DNA of 64,000 nt from an uncultured delta proteobacterium (GTDB lineage: Bacteria; Desulfobacterota; Desulfomonilia; UBA1062): contig CAVVYZ010000001.1 of the NCBI GenBank assembly GCA_963752595.1, positions 224,001 to 288,000 on the forward strand, given 5' to 3'. Position 1 is the stretch's first letter, and each line of letters starts with the position of its first letter. This document shows positions 30,063 to 41,419 of the stretch, one piece after another. The translations under genes and the position numbers were made by a program. The notes beneath the pieces were generated by a model. It saw nothing but the letters and a program-made list of their open reading frames with translations, had not been told where the DNA came from and searched no databases.

Positions 30063-32192
30063 ATGAATGAAGCGCATATCCTGAAAATAGCCGAAGAGTT
30101 GAAGATAATGCCGCGCCAGGTCAGTGCGACTGCCGGCCTCCTGAATGAAGGCGCTACCGTGCCGTTTATCGCCCGCTACCGCAAGGAGCTCACCGGGTCT
30201 CTCGATGAGGTGGCCATTGCCGCTGTCAGAGACCGCCTCAAGGAGCTCGAGCTCGTCGATGCCAGGAGAGATACGATCCGGAAGTCCATGACCGAGCAGG
30301 GTGTTCTCACCGAAGAGCTGGGAGCAGCGATCGACGCGGCGCAAACCATGACCGAGCTCGAAGATATCTACCTTCCGTACCGGCCCAAGCGGAGGACCAG
30401 GGCGATCATTGCAAGAGAAAAAGGGCTGCAGCCCCTGGCGGATCTGATCTTTGACCAGAAAGACGGCATCGATCCTCTTTTGGAGGCATCGGCCTTTATC
30501 GATCCGGACAAAGGCGTGGCGACCGCCGAAGAAGCCCTGGCAGGGGCCGGGGACATCATTGCGGAGCATGTCTCCGAGGATGCGGACATCCGGGCTTCCC
30601 TGAGGAGCTTGTTCGAAAAGGAGGCAATGCTTAGCTCCGAGGTCTATACGGGCGCGGAAGAGGATGCCGCGACCTACAGGGATTATTTCCACTGGCAGGA
30701 GCCGGCGGCAAAAGCGCCGAGTCACCGGATCCTGGCTGTCTTCAGGGGAAACCGGGAGGCGTTTCTCAAGCTCTCGATCCGGCCCGGTGAGGATAAGGCC
30801 CACGCGCTTCTGGAAAGGCGCGTCTGCAAGGGAAACAACCGGTGCACAGAGCAGGTGCGCCTCGCATGCCGGGACGGCTACAAGCGTCTCCTCGGTCCTT
30901 CCATGGAAAACGAGATAAAAGGCGTTTTGAAAGACCGGGCGGACGATGAGGCGATTCAGGTGTTTGCCAGAAATTTAAGGGAGCTGCTCATGGCACCTGC
31001 CCTGGGGCCGAAGCGGGTGCTCGCCGTGGACCCCGGATACCGTACCGGATGCAAAGTGGTTTGCCTCGATGCGCAAGGGGCTCTTCTCCACCATGGCGTG
31101 ATCTATCCCGTCTTCTCGGGAGGCCGTGCGGAAGAAGCGGCCAGGACCGTAAAAGACCTTGTGGGCACGTATGCAATCGAGGCCGTTGCCATCGGCAACG
31201 GAACTGCAGGCCGCGAGACCGAGGGTTTCATGCGGGGGCTCGGCCTGACCGTCCCGGTGATCATGGTAAACGAGAGCGGGGCCTCGGTCTATTCAGCATC
31301 CGAAGCGGCCCGCCGGGAATTCCCTGACCACGACGTGACCGTGCGCGGCGCGGTCTCGATCGGCAGGAGACTCATGGACCCGCTGGCAGAACTCGTCAAG
31401 ATCGACCCCAAGGCAATCGGCGTGGGTCAGTACCAGCACGATGTCGATCAGGCCGGATTGAAGAATAAACTGGATGACGTGGTCCGGAGCTGCGTCAATG
31501 CCGTTGGCGTGGAGGTAAACACCGCCAGCCCGGAGCTGCTCACCTACGTATCCGGCCTTGGTCCTGCCCTGGCAGGCAACATCGTTTCCTACCGCAACGA
31601 GCAAGGACCTTTCCACAGCAGAAATGCGCTTAAAAAGGTGCCCAGGCTCGGTGCCAAGGCGTTCGAACAGGCAGCAGGCTTCCTCCGCATCCGCGGCGGG
31701 TCGCATCCCCTTGATGCGAGTGCGGTGCACCCCGAGCGCTACGGCCTGGTGGAAAAGATCGCAGCCGACCTGGGCAGCTCGATACCGGATCTCATGCGGG
31801 ACAGGCATCAGCGGCAGAAAATCGATCTGAGGAAATATATCAGTGACTCCGTGGGAATGCCCACGCTCAAGGATATCATGTCCGAGCTCGACAAGCCGGG
31901 CAGGGACCCGAGGGAGTCCTTCGAGGTCTTCAGCTTTGCCGAGGGCATAAGCAGCATCGGCGACGTGAGAGAAGGCATGGAACTGCCGGGAATCGTCACG
32001 AACGTCACCAATTTCGGGGCCTTCGTGGATATCGGCGTTCACCAGGACGGCCTCGTGCATATCAGCCGGCTTGCAGACCGTTTCGTCAAGGATCCGAATG
32101 ACGTGGTCAAGGTCAACCAGAAGGTCCGCGTGAGGGTGCTCGATGTCGATGTAAAGCGCAAGCGCATCTCCCTTTCCATGAAGAAACAGTGA
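30063..32192 (+). CDS. tex: Tex family transcriptional accessory protein
   Basis: GATVPFIARYRKE, DPGYRTGCK, DPLAELVKIDPK, C-terminal S1 domain. Confidence 0.96.
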   Translation: MNEAHILKIAEELKIMPRQVSATAGLLNEGATVPFIARYRKELTGSLDEVAIAAVRDRLKELELVDARRDTIRKSMTEQGVLTEELGAAIDAAQTMTELEDIYLPYRPKRRTRAIIAREKGLQPLADLIFDQKDGIDPLLEASAFIDPDKGVATAEEALAGAGDIIAEHVSEDADIRASLRSLFEKEAMLSSEVYTGAEEDAATYRDYFHWQEPAAKAPSHRILAVFRGNREAFLKLSIRPGEDKAHALLERRVCKGNNRCTEQVRLACRDGYKRLLGPSMENEIKGVLKDRADDEAIQVFARNLRELLMAPALGPKRVLAVDPGYRTGCKVVCLDAQGALLHHGVIYPVFSGGRAEEAARTVKDLVGTYAIEAVAIGNGTAGRETEGFMRGLGLTVPVIMVNESGASVYSASEAARREFPDHDVTVRGAVSIGRRLMDPLAELVKIDPKAIGVGQYQHDVDQAGLKNKLDDVVRSCVNAVGVEVNTASPELLTYVSGLGPALAGNIVSYRNEQGPFHSRNALKKVPRLGAKAFEQAAGFLRIRGGSHPLDASAVHPERYGLVEKIAADLGSSIPDLMRDRHQRQKIDLRKYISDSVGMPTLKDIMSELDKPGRDPRESFEVFSFAEGISSIGDVREGMELPGIVTNVTNFGAFVDIGVHQDGLVHISRLADRFVKDPNDVVKVNQKVRVRVLDVDVKRKRISLSMKKQ

Positions 32193-32449
32193 CGCCTGCA
32201 ACGGGGAAGCGAATATTGAAAAATTGCAGCGCACGCCCATAGTTAATAGTAAGCGGGTCGTCCATTCACTTTTTTTGACTTTCTTTGCTGAGCAAAGGAC
32301 ACGGTTTTTCCGGACAGGGATGTCGCTCTTGGGATTTGCCCCGGGTGATCCGGGTTCATGACAGTCGTTTTGTAAGTGCCGCTTCGTTCATCAGTGGGAA
32401 GACAGACGTGTCCGTGGATTATGGATAAAAATCACCGGAGGTTACTGTT

Positions 32450-32608
32450 GTGGAAAAGACAAAGATACGGATTGAATATAATCCTCTGAAATATCCCGAA
32501 GAAATAACGGTAAAGAGATGGCCTGATTGGATAAGGAAGCATGCACGGCCGTCCGGAGACGCCGTATGCAGGAGAGTCATTTTTTTATGGAGGCCGGGTT
32601 TGTCATAG
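32450..32608 (+). CDS. Possible 52-aa small protein upstream of the acyltransferase
   Basis: GGAGG RBS, GTG start, MEKTKIRIEYNPLKYPEE...LWRPGLS*, stop 7 nt before the next ATG. Confidence 0.35.
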   Translation: MEKTKIRIEYNPLKYPEEITVKRWPDWIRKHARPSGDAVCRRVIFLWRPGLS

Positions 32609-32615
32609 GGGTCCT

Positions 32616-33797
32616 ATGAATTCCCAGACTGCCGTGCTGACACCTATCAGACGCCATGATGTCGACTGGCTGAAAGTACTCTTCCTCTACATTCTCTTCG
32701 CCTTCCAGGCATCCAGAGTTTTCGATACGGAAATGAATTCGCACGGGAGCAGCCGGATTCTTTCCTCCGGCTTCAATTATGTCGGCTTTTTCACTTCCCA
32801 GTGGTATATGCCTTTTGTCTTTCTGGTCTCCGGGTGGTCGAGGAAGAATGCGATGCAGCTCCAATCAGGGCTCGGCCTGCTCCGTGAGAGGCTGCTGCGG
32901 TTGATCATTCCTTTTGCAACGGGATTTGTCCTTCTGATTCCTTTCTCCATCTATGGGGGCATGGCAGGAGGCCTTTCCATCGGCAGGCCGGGGCCTTCCA
33001 TACCGGACGCTGCCCTTCAACCATTTCTGTTCAGCGCTGAGCCGGTCATATTCAACCGGCCTGATACCTTTGCCTGGTCTTATCTCTTGTTTCTCCTCTA
33101 CCTTTTTGTCTTTACCATCCTGTCCTGGCCTTTCTTTACCTGGCTCATAGCCAGGAAAGTCACACCCTTGAAGATAAGCAGGATCTGGGTCTATCTGCCG
33201 ATCGTACCGCTCATGCTCATCCAGATGAGCCTGGGGGAATATCTGCCCGACCAAAGGGGCATCCTGGGCAGCTGGATCATGCTCCTGTATTTCTTCGCAT
33301 ACTTCATTCTGGGCTTCATCATATCCCGTTATAATGCATACGAACGGGCAATTCACCAGGAAGCCCGGTATGCAGGCGCCTTGGGCCTGGCGCTGTTCAT
33401 CATCATCATGATGACTTCCTCGAACCTTCCGGAGCAGATCTTCCCCATCGTTACACCCATAGCAAGCTGGTGCTGCGCCGTGGGCCTCCTGGGATTTGCA
33501 AAAAGCTACCTCGATGCACCATCTTCATGGTTATTCTACCTGATGGAGGCGTCCTTGCCGGTATTTATCCTTCACCAGGTATTCATAGTGCTCGTCGCCT
33601 CCGTCATGAACGGGCTCATGATCGGAACGAGCGCCAGGTTTATGGGTCTGCTCCTGGTATCTTTAGGGATGAGCATCATGTTTTACCATGTTCTTGTCCG
33701 CAGGTTCGCCCTTACCAGAATAATTTTCGGGATGAGGGTTGCAAAAGAGCCCGTAGAAGCATGGAAGGATCAGGTATTTCACCGGGATCACCTGTGA
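32616..33797 (+). CDS. Acyltransferase family 3 (OpgC-like) membrane protein
   Basis: RRHDVDWLK, MPFVFLVSG, ERLLRLIIPF, SLPVFILHQ; multiple TM segments. Confidence 0.85.
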   Translation: MNSQTAVLTPIRRHDVDWLKVLFLYILFAFQASRVFDTEMNSHGSSRILSSGFNYVGFFTSQWYMPFVFLVSGWSRKNAMQLQSGLGLLRERLLRLIIPFATGFVLLIPFSIYGGMAGGLSIGRPGPSIPDAALQPFLFSAEPVIFNRPDTFAWSYLLFLLYLFVFTILSWPFFTWLIARKVTPLKISRIWVYLPIVPLMLIQMSLGEYLPDQRGILGSWIMLLYFFAYFILGFIISRYNAYERAIHQEARYAGALGLALFIIIMMTSSNLPEQIFPIVTPIASWCCAVGLLGFAKSYLDAPSSWLFYLMEASLPVFILHQVFIVLVASVMNGLMIGTSARFMGLLLVSLGMSIMFYHVLVRRFALTRIIFGMRVAKEPVEAWKDQVFHRDHL

Positions 33798-33898
33798 TGT
33801 CCGGGAGGTTCCTCTGCATTGCAGCAAAGACTATTACCTTGGGTTCCCCCGGAAATATCTCTTGTGAACGATTGAAAATTCTGGCTTTTATGGAAGGC

Positions 33899-35083
33899 AT
33901 GGCGGAGATCATTCTGAATCCATCACGGGGAAAGTCTCTTATCCAGCACCATCCATGGATATTTTCGGGCGCTGTTCAAAAAGTGCGGGGCAAGCCCGGG
34001 CAGGGCGAAACGGTCGAGGTCGTCTCATCCGATGGCGCCTGGCTCGGACGGGGTGCATATTCGCCCGAGTCACAGATCAGGGTGCGCATCTGGACCTTTG
34101 ACCCGCAAGTGAAGATCGATGCGGATTTTTTCCGCACCCGCCTGGCAGGCTCCCTGGAGGCGCGGCGGGCAATGGGCCTTGAGGCTACGAATGCCGTGCG
34201 GCTCGTCAATTCCGAGTCCGACGGCCTGCCGGGCCTGATCGTCGACCGCTACGCCGAGTATCTGGTATGCCAGTTCCTCACTGCCGGTGCTGAATTCTGG
34301 AAGGAAACTCTTCTCTCCGAACTGCAGAACCTGGTGCCGTGCAGGGGCATCTATGAGCGTTCGGATGCGGATGTCCGGTTCAAGGAAGGGCTTGCGCCCG
34401 TTGCCGGCCGTATTGCCGGAGACGAGCCTCCCGATGCGGTGGAGATCGTGGAGAACGAGTGCCGTTTCCTGGCGGATATCAGGCACGGGCACAAGACGGG
34501 ATTCTACCTCGACCAGCGGGATAACCGGGCATGCCTGGCCCGCTATGCCGAAGGCAAGGAAGTGCTGAACTGTTTTTCCTACACCGGAGGGTTCGCCATG
34601 GCGGCGCTCAAGGCCGGCGCTGTGCGGGCCGTAAATATCGACTCCTCCCGGAGCGCCCTTGAGCTGGCTGCCCGCAATGCAGGGCTCAACGGGTTCGATC
34701 CGGGAGCCATGGAGAACACCGAAGCGGACGTTTTCTCCCTGCTTCGCCTTTACCGCGATTCGAGGAGGAGTTTCGACATCATCGTCCTCGACCCGCCGAA
34801 ATTCGCGGAATCCCGCAGTCAGATAGCACGGGCGAGCAGGGGGTACAAGGACATCAACCTGCTTGCATTCAAGCTCCTGCGGCCGGGCGGTCTCCTGTTC
34901 ACCTTCTCCTGCTCGGGCCTCATGGAGCAGGGCCTTTTTCAGAAGATCGTCGCCGATGCAGCCCTTGATGCAGGACGCGAGGCGCGCATCATCCGCCGGC
35001 TCACCCAATCGTCCGACCACCCGGCGTCGCTCAATTTCCCCGAGGCTAGCTACTTAAAAGGGCTCGTCTGCCTGGTAAAATAG
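33899..35083 (+). CDS. rlmI: 23S rRNA m5C1962 methyltransferase
   Basis: HPWIFSG, ESDGLPGLIVDRY, GHKTGFYLDQRDNR, VLNCFSYTGGF, DPPKF, FSCS, YLKG. Confidence 0.92.
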   Translation: MAEIILNPSRGKSLIQHHPWIFSGAVQKVRGKPGQGETVEVVSSDGAWLGRGAYSPESQIRVRIWTFDPQVKIDADFFRTRLAGSLEARRAMGLEATNAVRLVNSESDGLPGLIVDRYAEYLVCQFLTAGAEFWKETLLSELQNLVPCRGIYERSDADVRFKEGLAPVAGRIAGDEPPDAVEIVENECRFLADIRHGHKTGFYLDQRDNRACLARYAEGKEVLNCFSYTGGFAMAALKAGAVRAVNIDSSRSALELAARNAGLNGFDPGAMENTEADVFSLLRLYRDSRRSFDIIVLDPPKFAESRSQIARASRGYKDINLLAFKLLRPGGLLFTFSCSGLMEQGLFQKIVADAALDAGREARIIRRLTQSSDHPASLNFPEASYLKGLVCLVK

Positions 35084-35289
35084 AGAGGGACTAAAGGGAA
35101 AGCAGGCCTGACTGTTGGCGCTTGCCGATTATGGTTGTCATTCTAAAGCATAACTTTGATGATATTTTCCGAGCTCGCCGGACTTTTTCGACAGTCTCAT
35201 AAGATAGCAGGGCTCTCATCAAAGTTATGCTTTCTGTAATAATTCTGGATTTTTCTTAGCACCGAAAAGTAATGATGTTCGGATAAGAC

Positions 35290-35622
35290 CTAAATAGGAC
35301 GCACGCCTGAAGATCCGTGCTTTGGGTTATCCTTCAAAGGCTTGACCTCTTTCAAAAGCCTTCCATTCAATGAATCCTTGGCAATTTCCAGCTCGTAATG
35401 CGCCTGCAGGTTGATCCAGAGTTCAGGGCTCGTACCGAAAAAGTGAGCAAGGCGCAGAGCCGTGTCAGCAGTGATTGATCTTTTCCCCTGGACTATCTCG
35501 TTAATTCTGCGAGCTGGGACATTGGTATCCTTCGCAAGCCGGTACTGGCTTATTCCCATCGGCTTCAGAAAGTCTTCGAGAAGTATTTCTCCAGGATGTA
35601 TCGGTTTCAATTTCTTATCCAT
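35290..35622 (-). CDS. higA: HigA family antitoxin
   Basis: PIHPGEILLEDFL, RINEIVQGKRSITADTALRL, WINLQ. Confidence 0.95.
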   Translation of the reverse strand: MDKKLKPIHPGEILLEDFLKPMGISQYRLAKDTNVPARRINEIVQGKRSITADTALRLAHFFGTSPELWINLQAHYELEIAKDSLNGRLLKEVKPLKDNPKHGSSGVRPI

Positions 35623-35632
35623 AGCTTTACCC

Positions 35633-35917
35633 TCACTTGTGGTAGTCTGTTATCTCCACATCATGGGCATTGTTCTCTGTCCACTTGAAGCATATCCGCC
35701 ACTGATCGTTGATTCGTATGCTGTGTTGCCCTTTCCTATCACCATCCAATTGCTCGAGGCGATTGCCTGGCGGTATCCGTAAATCGCTCAGTTTTGCTGC
35801 TGCATGCAGGTACATGAGCTTTCTTTGGGCTACCCTATGGATATCGGCAGGCAGCTTTTGAGAAAATCTTCTGTTGAATATTTTCTCGGTTTCCTTGCAT
35901 GCAAAGCTCGCTATCAT
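35633..35917 (-). CDS. higB: HigB (RelE-like) toxin
   Basis: PPGNRLEQLDGDRKGQHSIRINDQWRICF..VEITDYH. Confidence 0.95.
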   Translation of the reverse strand: MIASFACKETEKIFNRRFSQKLPADIHRVAQRKLMYLHAAAKLSDLRIPPGNRLEQLDGDRKGQHSIRINDQWRICFKWTENNAHDVEITDYHK

Positions 35918-35925
35918 CAGTAATA

Positions 35926-35964
35926 GTTAATAATGCATCGCGTTAATAACGTCAAGCGTTATTA
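35926..35964 (-). promoter_or_regulatory. higBA promoter with tandem operator palindromes
   Basis: TAATAACG-N5-CGTTATTA (35944-35964) and TAATG-N5-CGTTA (35931-35945); TTGACG-N17-TATTAA on the minus strand. Confidence 0.7.
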
Positions 35965-36470
35965 GTTTTCTTATCGGAAATAAGATATAAGTGGTTAATA
36001 AAAGACTTAAAATCTTTATCCTTCGTCGTTGGAAAGCCCCTCCTTTCAGGGATTGGGGCAGATGGAGTAGCTGAAATCCGATCACGCATCGTCCTGTAGG
36101 ATGGCAACTGCCAGATTAGATCGTAAGAACTTCAAGAAAAGTTATAATCTCTGTAATGGATGGAAAGTTTTAAGGTCTCAAAAGTTATGATCGTTTGAGG
36201 TAATCAACAGTTACCCTGATTTGAAGGTAGCAAAGGGAGATCTATAATCGCTGATCAGAGAGACAGACTTCAGATATCAATCACTATTCAAAATGCTACT
36301 CGATGACAAACTCTTTTGGCATGCCTTTTTTAAGAAAATCTTTGACAAATACTTTTGGCGCTGCCTTTTAACTTATTGATTTTACGATTGAGGGAATGAC
36401 AAGCTTTATTGGCAAATTATACTGTGCATTCAGAATTACGGGGAAGTCTTAAAATCCGGCATGCACCGGC

Positions 36471-38190
36471 TTATCTCCGGCGGTACGTTCTTTTCTTGAT
36501 ATGCGTTTTGGCGACGAGCAGATCCTTCTGCTGCTGCCTGCGAGCTTTGTCTTTCTCCACGAAGATCTGCTCTCCGTCGGCAGGGTTTATCTCCGTGTAG
36601 TACATGACGCCTGACCAGGTGGAGGGCAGGGGCGTGAAGATCTGCACCTGCTCGGGGTTGGTGCGGAGCTCGCCGGTTGCGAAGCTTTTCAGCTTCTCCA
36701 TGTCGTCGAGCGTGCAGCCCGGGTGGGCCGCGATAAGGTAGTAGGTGAGAAACTGCTTTTTGCCGCTTGCGCGGTTGAGCTCGTAGAAGAGATCCTTGAA
36801 GGCGATCAGGCAGTCCTTCCCGGCCTTGCCCATGAGCGTGAGCACGTGCGTCTGAGTGTGCTCGGGCGCGATCTTCATCTGGCCCGACACATGGTGGCCG
36901 ACGAGCTCCCGGAGGTAGCATTCGCCGTATTGAGCGTCTGCCATTACCAGGTCATGCCGGACTCCCGATGCGACAAAGACCTTCTTTACCCCGGGGAGCT
37001 GCTTAAGCTCCCTGAGGAGATCCACCTGCGCCTTGTGGTCGAAGCGCAAGTTTTTGCATATCTCCGGAGAAAGGCACTGCTTGTCCCTGCACCCGAAGGG
37101 ATCCTTCTTCCTGCCGCATGCGAACGCATACATGTTTGCCGTGGGGCCTCCCACATCGGCGATGATGCCCTTGAACTCCGGGTGGCGGACAAGGGTTTTT
37201 GCCTCGCGGATGATGGATTCCCTGGACCTCGATACCACGGCCCGTCCCTGGTGCACGCCGATCGAGCAGAAATTGCACCCGCCGAAGCATCCCCGGTGGG
37301 TGGTGATGGAGAAGCGGATCGTCTCCAGCGCCCGTACGCTCCCCTGCTTCTCATAATAAGGGTGCTGGTCCCGTTCGAACTCCTGCGCATAGAGGTCGTC
37401 GAGCTCGCGGCCCGTCATGCACGGCTGGGGCGGGTTCTGCACCAGGCAGCGGCTATCCTGGAGCTGGCAGAGCTTGCCGGCGCTTCCCGGGTCGCTGTTT
37501 TCGCAGAAGAGCCGGAACATCTCGATAAAGTCCTGTCTGCTGTGAGCGGCTGCATCATACGAAGGGAGCTCTACGGCTTCCGGAGGCTTTTCCTTCGATG
37601 CGAAGCAGATCCCCCTGACCTCATGGAAGTCCTCTCCTCCGGGACAGGCACCGGGAAAGCTCGAGCACGGCCTTTTCGCCCATGCCGTAGACCAGGATGT
37701 CCGCTTTTGCGTCGAACAGGATGGATTTCCGGACGCTGTTCGACCAGTAATCATAGTGGGCTATCCTCCTGGTGCTTGCCTCGATGCCTCCCAGGACGAT
37801 CGGAGAGGTATTTTTGAAGAAGCGCCTGATGAGGTTGGCATAGGCGATCAGTGCGCGGTCGGGCCGCCGGTTGTTCACTCCTCCCGGGGTATAGTCGTCG
37901 CTCTTCCTCCGTTTATCCGATGCCGTGTGATTGGCCACCAGGGAATCGATGCTCCCGGCGCTCAAACCCCAGAAAAGCTTAGGCTCTCCGAGCCTGCCGA
38001 TGTCCGTGTCGGTGTGAATGTCGGGCTGGGCGATGATGCCCACTTTATAGCCGGCCTCCAGGAGCACATGGCCGATGACGGAGATGCCGATGGACGGATG
38101 GTCGATATAGCTGTCGCCCGTAACCAGGATCACATCGGGCCGGTCCCATCCAAGGGCTTCCATCTCCGCTCGTGTCGTAGGGATAAACAT
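36471..38190 (-). CDS. ygiQ: YgiQ family radical SAM protein; frameshift near 37640
   Basis: GDSYIDHPS, IAQPD, YTPGG..RPDRA, RRIAHYDYW, HRGCFGGCNFC, GGPTANMY, KIAPEH, QVQIFTP. Confidence 0.92.
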
Positions 38191-38385
38191 GATACAGAAA
38201 AGCATAGTGCATTATTGCAGCTCTGGCAATGCCTTAAGGAGAGAGTGATTCATGAAAATATCGGTACAAAAATGTAGTATTAAAGATGAATGACTTTACC
38301 GAATATACCGGGAAGAAGGATTACGGTGGCCGATGGGCACATTGGGCGGTTTCGAAAGCACGGCATATTAAATTTTAAGGTGTGT

Positions 38386-38981
38386 ATGCAGAGGCAGAGT
38401 TTAATCACCATGCGCAACTCTTTTTTTATCAGTCATCCTGCTGGCAGCCGGATGCGTATCCGGTGCCCCAGAGAATTCAGGAAAGCATTTCTCCGTTCGA
38501 CGGTGCAAGGGAGGTCTCTCTGGAGCCGTCCATCGTGTGTCAGATAAAGGGCTCGGAGCCGTGCTTCATCCGTCTCGGACTGTTCAAGCGGTCGACCATG
38601 CGTCCCGACAGCGTAATCCTTGTTGTCGTGGTCAATGGAATGAATTCCATCGCCGAAGGGGAGTCGCTCCATTTCAACATCGACGGCGAGATCATAGAAT
38701 TCGATTCCATTGACAAGAAAACGCAGTATGAAATAGGCAAAGGCCCTCACACCGCGGGGACAGCCCTCTGCGGACCTTCGGCGAGCTGCTCGGCAAAGAG
38801 ATACCTGGTCACAAAAGATTTTCTGAAAAAGCTGCTTCAGGCAGACAGGGTTGCGGTCAGGGTCGACCTTGCCAAAGGATACCTGGGAGGCCTCCTCCTG
38901 AAAGACAACCCGGCGCTTGCATTACCCGCTTTCAGCGAATTCTATGAGCGCGTGTTCGGCCCCGTTGCCGGCAGGAAATGA
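38386..38981 (+). CDS. Hypothetical lipoprotein; N-terminus frameshifted
   Basis: Alternate frame at ~38430-38460 reads SVILLAAGC (lipobox) before the 199-aa ORF body. Confidence 0.55.
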
Positions 38982-39083
38982 CCGCAAAAGACCAGGCCGG
39001 TATCTCTTTATTCAAGACTTGAAACATTTATTCAAATGGGACACCATAGGGAAGGCTTAAGCACTTTATGATATGAGGCGGGA

Positions 39084-39749
39084 ATGCGGATCCTTGTAAT
39101 CGAAGATGAGAAGAAGGTTGCCGAATTCATCAGAAACGGTCTGGCCGAGGAGGGTTATGCCGTGGATACGGCTTATGAGGGAGACCAGGGCTATTTCCTC
39201 GCTGCAACCAATGATTATGATGCGATCCTGCTCGACATTCTGCTGCCGAAGATGGACGGCATCACCTTATGCACGAAGCTTAAGTCCGAAGGCAACCAGA
39301 CGCCGATCCTCATGCTTACCGCAAAGGACGCGGTAAAGGACAAGGTCAGGGGTCTTGACGCAGGTGCGGATGACTATCTTACGAAACCCTTCGCCTTCGA
39401 GGAACTCCTGGCACGGATACGGGCATCGCTCCGCAAGAAATATGTGCACCAGGATGCGATGCTGCAGGTTGACGATCTGATGCTGGATACCATAACCCAC
39501 ACCGCGGTCAGGGCGGGCGAAGCGATCCCCTTGAGCATCAAGGAATATGCCCTGCTCGAATACCTCATGAGAAATGCCGGGGCCGTGGTAACCCGGACCA
39601 TGATCGCAGAGCATGTCTGGGACATCAATTTCGAGACGTTCACAAATGTGATCGATGTCTACATCAGCTATCTCAGGAACAAGATAGACAAAGGTTATGA
39701 TAAGCCGCTCATCCACACGGTGCGCGGCAGGGGATACAGTATATCCTAA
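39084..39749 (+). CDS. OmpR-family response regulator (CusR/QseB-like)
   Basis: MRILVIEDE, LDILLP, GADDYLTKPF, winged helix VIDVYISYLRNK..TVRGRGY. Confidence 0.95.
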   Translation: MRILVIEDEKKVAEFIRNGLAEEGYAVDTAYEGDQGYFLAATNDYDAILLDILLPKMDGITLCTKLKSEGNQTPILMLTAKDAVKDKVRGLDAGADDYLTKPFAFEELLARIRASLRKKYVHQDAMLQVDDLMLDTITHTAVRAGEAIPLSIKEYALLEYLMRNAGAVVTRTMIAEHVWDINFETFTNVIDVYISYLRNKIDKGYDKPLIHTVRGRGYSIS

Positions 39750-39759
39750 AAAGTATGAG

Positions 39760-41284
39760 ATGACCAAGTCCATCAGGCTGAAGTTCATTTTCTGGTACAC
39801 CACCATCCTTGCCGTGACCTTTTCCCTGTTTGCAATCATGCTCTACTATCCATGTGAGCGACAGCCTGAAGAACGAGCTCGATAACGTGTTGCTCACCAA
39901 GGCAGAGGGCATAGCACGGTCGATCAACACCTACTGGGAGATCGAGAAGATGGATGCCCTGAAACACGGCGCAGCAAAGGACATCTTCAGAAAAGTCAAC
40001 AATCTGAACTTCCACAAGATAGCACGACGCTGGGTTGAGGAGCGCTCGAACGATTCCGAACTTATGGATATCATAGTGCAGATCTATAAGCCCGATGGCG
40101 AACTCATTACGAATTCCCCGAATTCGCCTTTGCTTCTGAATATATCCCCGCAGGCGCTGAAAAGCCTCGAAGCTAAAACGGTATTTTATGAAGAAAGGAA
40201 ATTGCCGGTGGATGACGGCAACGGGCTCGATCTCCGGGTGCTCCGGATTCCCGTGCTCGAAGACGGCAAGACCGCCTATATCGTACAGGTTGCGAGCCCG
40301 CTGAATTCTTTCCGGACAGCCATGAACCGTTTGAAGCTCATTCTTTTCTTCCTGCTTCCCATTACAGTCATCACGGCCGGGGTATTCGCCGGAAAATTCC
40401 TTGCAAGCATTACGCTGAAGCCTTTGAAAAATATGATCGAGACCGCCCGGCAGATCACTGCTGAAAACATGGGCCTCCGCATTTCGGTGCCGGAATCCAA
40501 AGACGAGATCCGGGAACTGGCTGAGACCTTCAACGACATGCTGGGAAAGATCCAGCATGTGCTCATCTCCCAGAGGCAGTTCGTTCAGGATATTTCCCAC
40601 GAGCTGAGGACGCCCATGACGATCATGCGGGGCGAGCTGGAGGTTGCCCTCAAGAGGAGGCGTACCCCCGAGGAATATCAATCGATCCTTGCGAGCAGCC
40701 TCGATGAGACAAAAAAGATAGGGAAGCTTCTTGAAGATCTCCTGTCTCTAGCACGCTTTGACACCAGTTCTGCCGCATTAGCCAGGGAAGCGGAGGATAT
40801 TTCATCGGTCATAAAGGAAATCGTTGATGATATGAGGCACCTCGCTCAGCCCAAAGGGATTGAGATCGATCTCATCAGCACTGCCGGGCTCATGCTCTCG
40901 ATTGATAAACCTAAGATCATGCGGTGTTTCATCAACATCATCGACAATGCCATAAAATATACCCCTGAGAACGGCAGGATCGCTGTCAGGGTTGCGCAGG
41001 AAAATCAATCTGTTGTGATCGTCATATCAGATACGGGGATCGGCATTCCCGAGACAGATCTCCCTCATATCTTCAATCGTTTCTATCAGGTGGACAAATC
41101 GCGCAGCAGTCAAGGATTCGGGCTGGGATTGAGCATCGCACGGTCGGTCATCGAGGCCCACGGGGGCAGCATCACGGTCCAGAGCACAGAGAATCGCGGC
41201 ACGAGTTTCCTCATCTCGTTCCCCTTAAGAAGCCCTGCTTCCGAACGTATGCATGCAGTCTCATACCCCCGGACGGTTGCGTGA
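39760..41284 (+). CDS. Membrane sensor histidine kinase; frameshift near 39850
   Basis: Two TMs, HAMP, ISHELRTP, NIIDNAIKY, DTGIG, GLGLSI. Confidence 0.92.
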
Positions 41285-41334
41285 ACCTTATACATCTCCA
41301 TCCCTGACCCGGTTGCGCCTTTTATGAGAACTTT

Positions 41335-41362
41335 TCTAATATTCATTTAATAATAGCTTAAT
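41335..41362 (+). promoter_or_regulatory. Three 11-bp-phased YYTAAT direct repeats, OmpR-family-type box
   Basis: TCTAAT-N5-TTTAAT-N5-CTTAAT upstream of the Ala/Lys-rich gene. Confidence 0.55.
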
Positions 41363-41419
41363 ACTTTTTATGTAATGGGTTCGTGCATGAATAAACATAC
41401 CAACGAGGAGGAATCAAAA

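Noticed and set aside
33470-33898. Long N-terminal extension of RlmI in the ORF track
   Set aside because: Overlaps the acyltransferase gene; RlmI-like sequence starts only near 33899.
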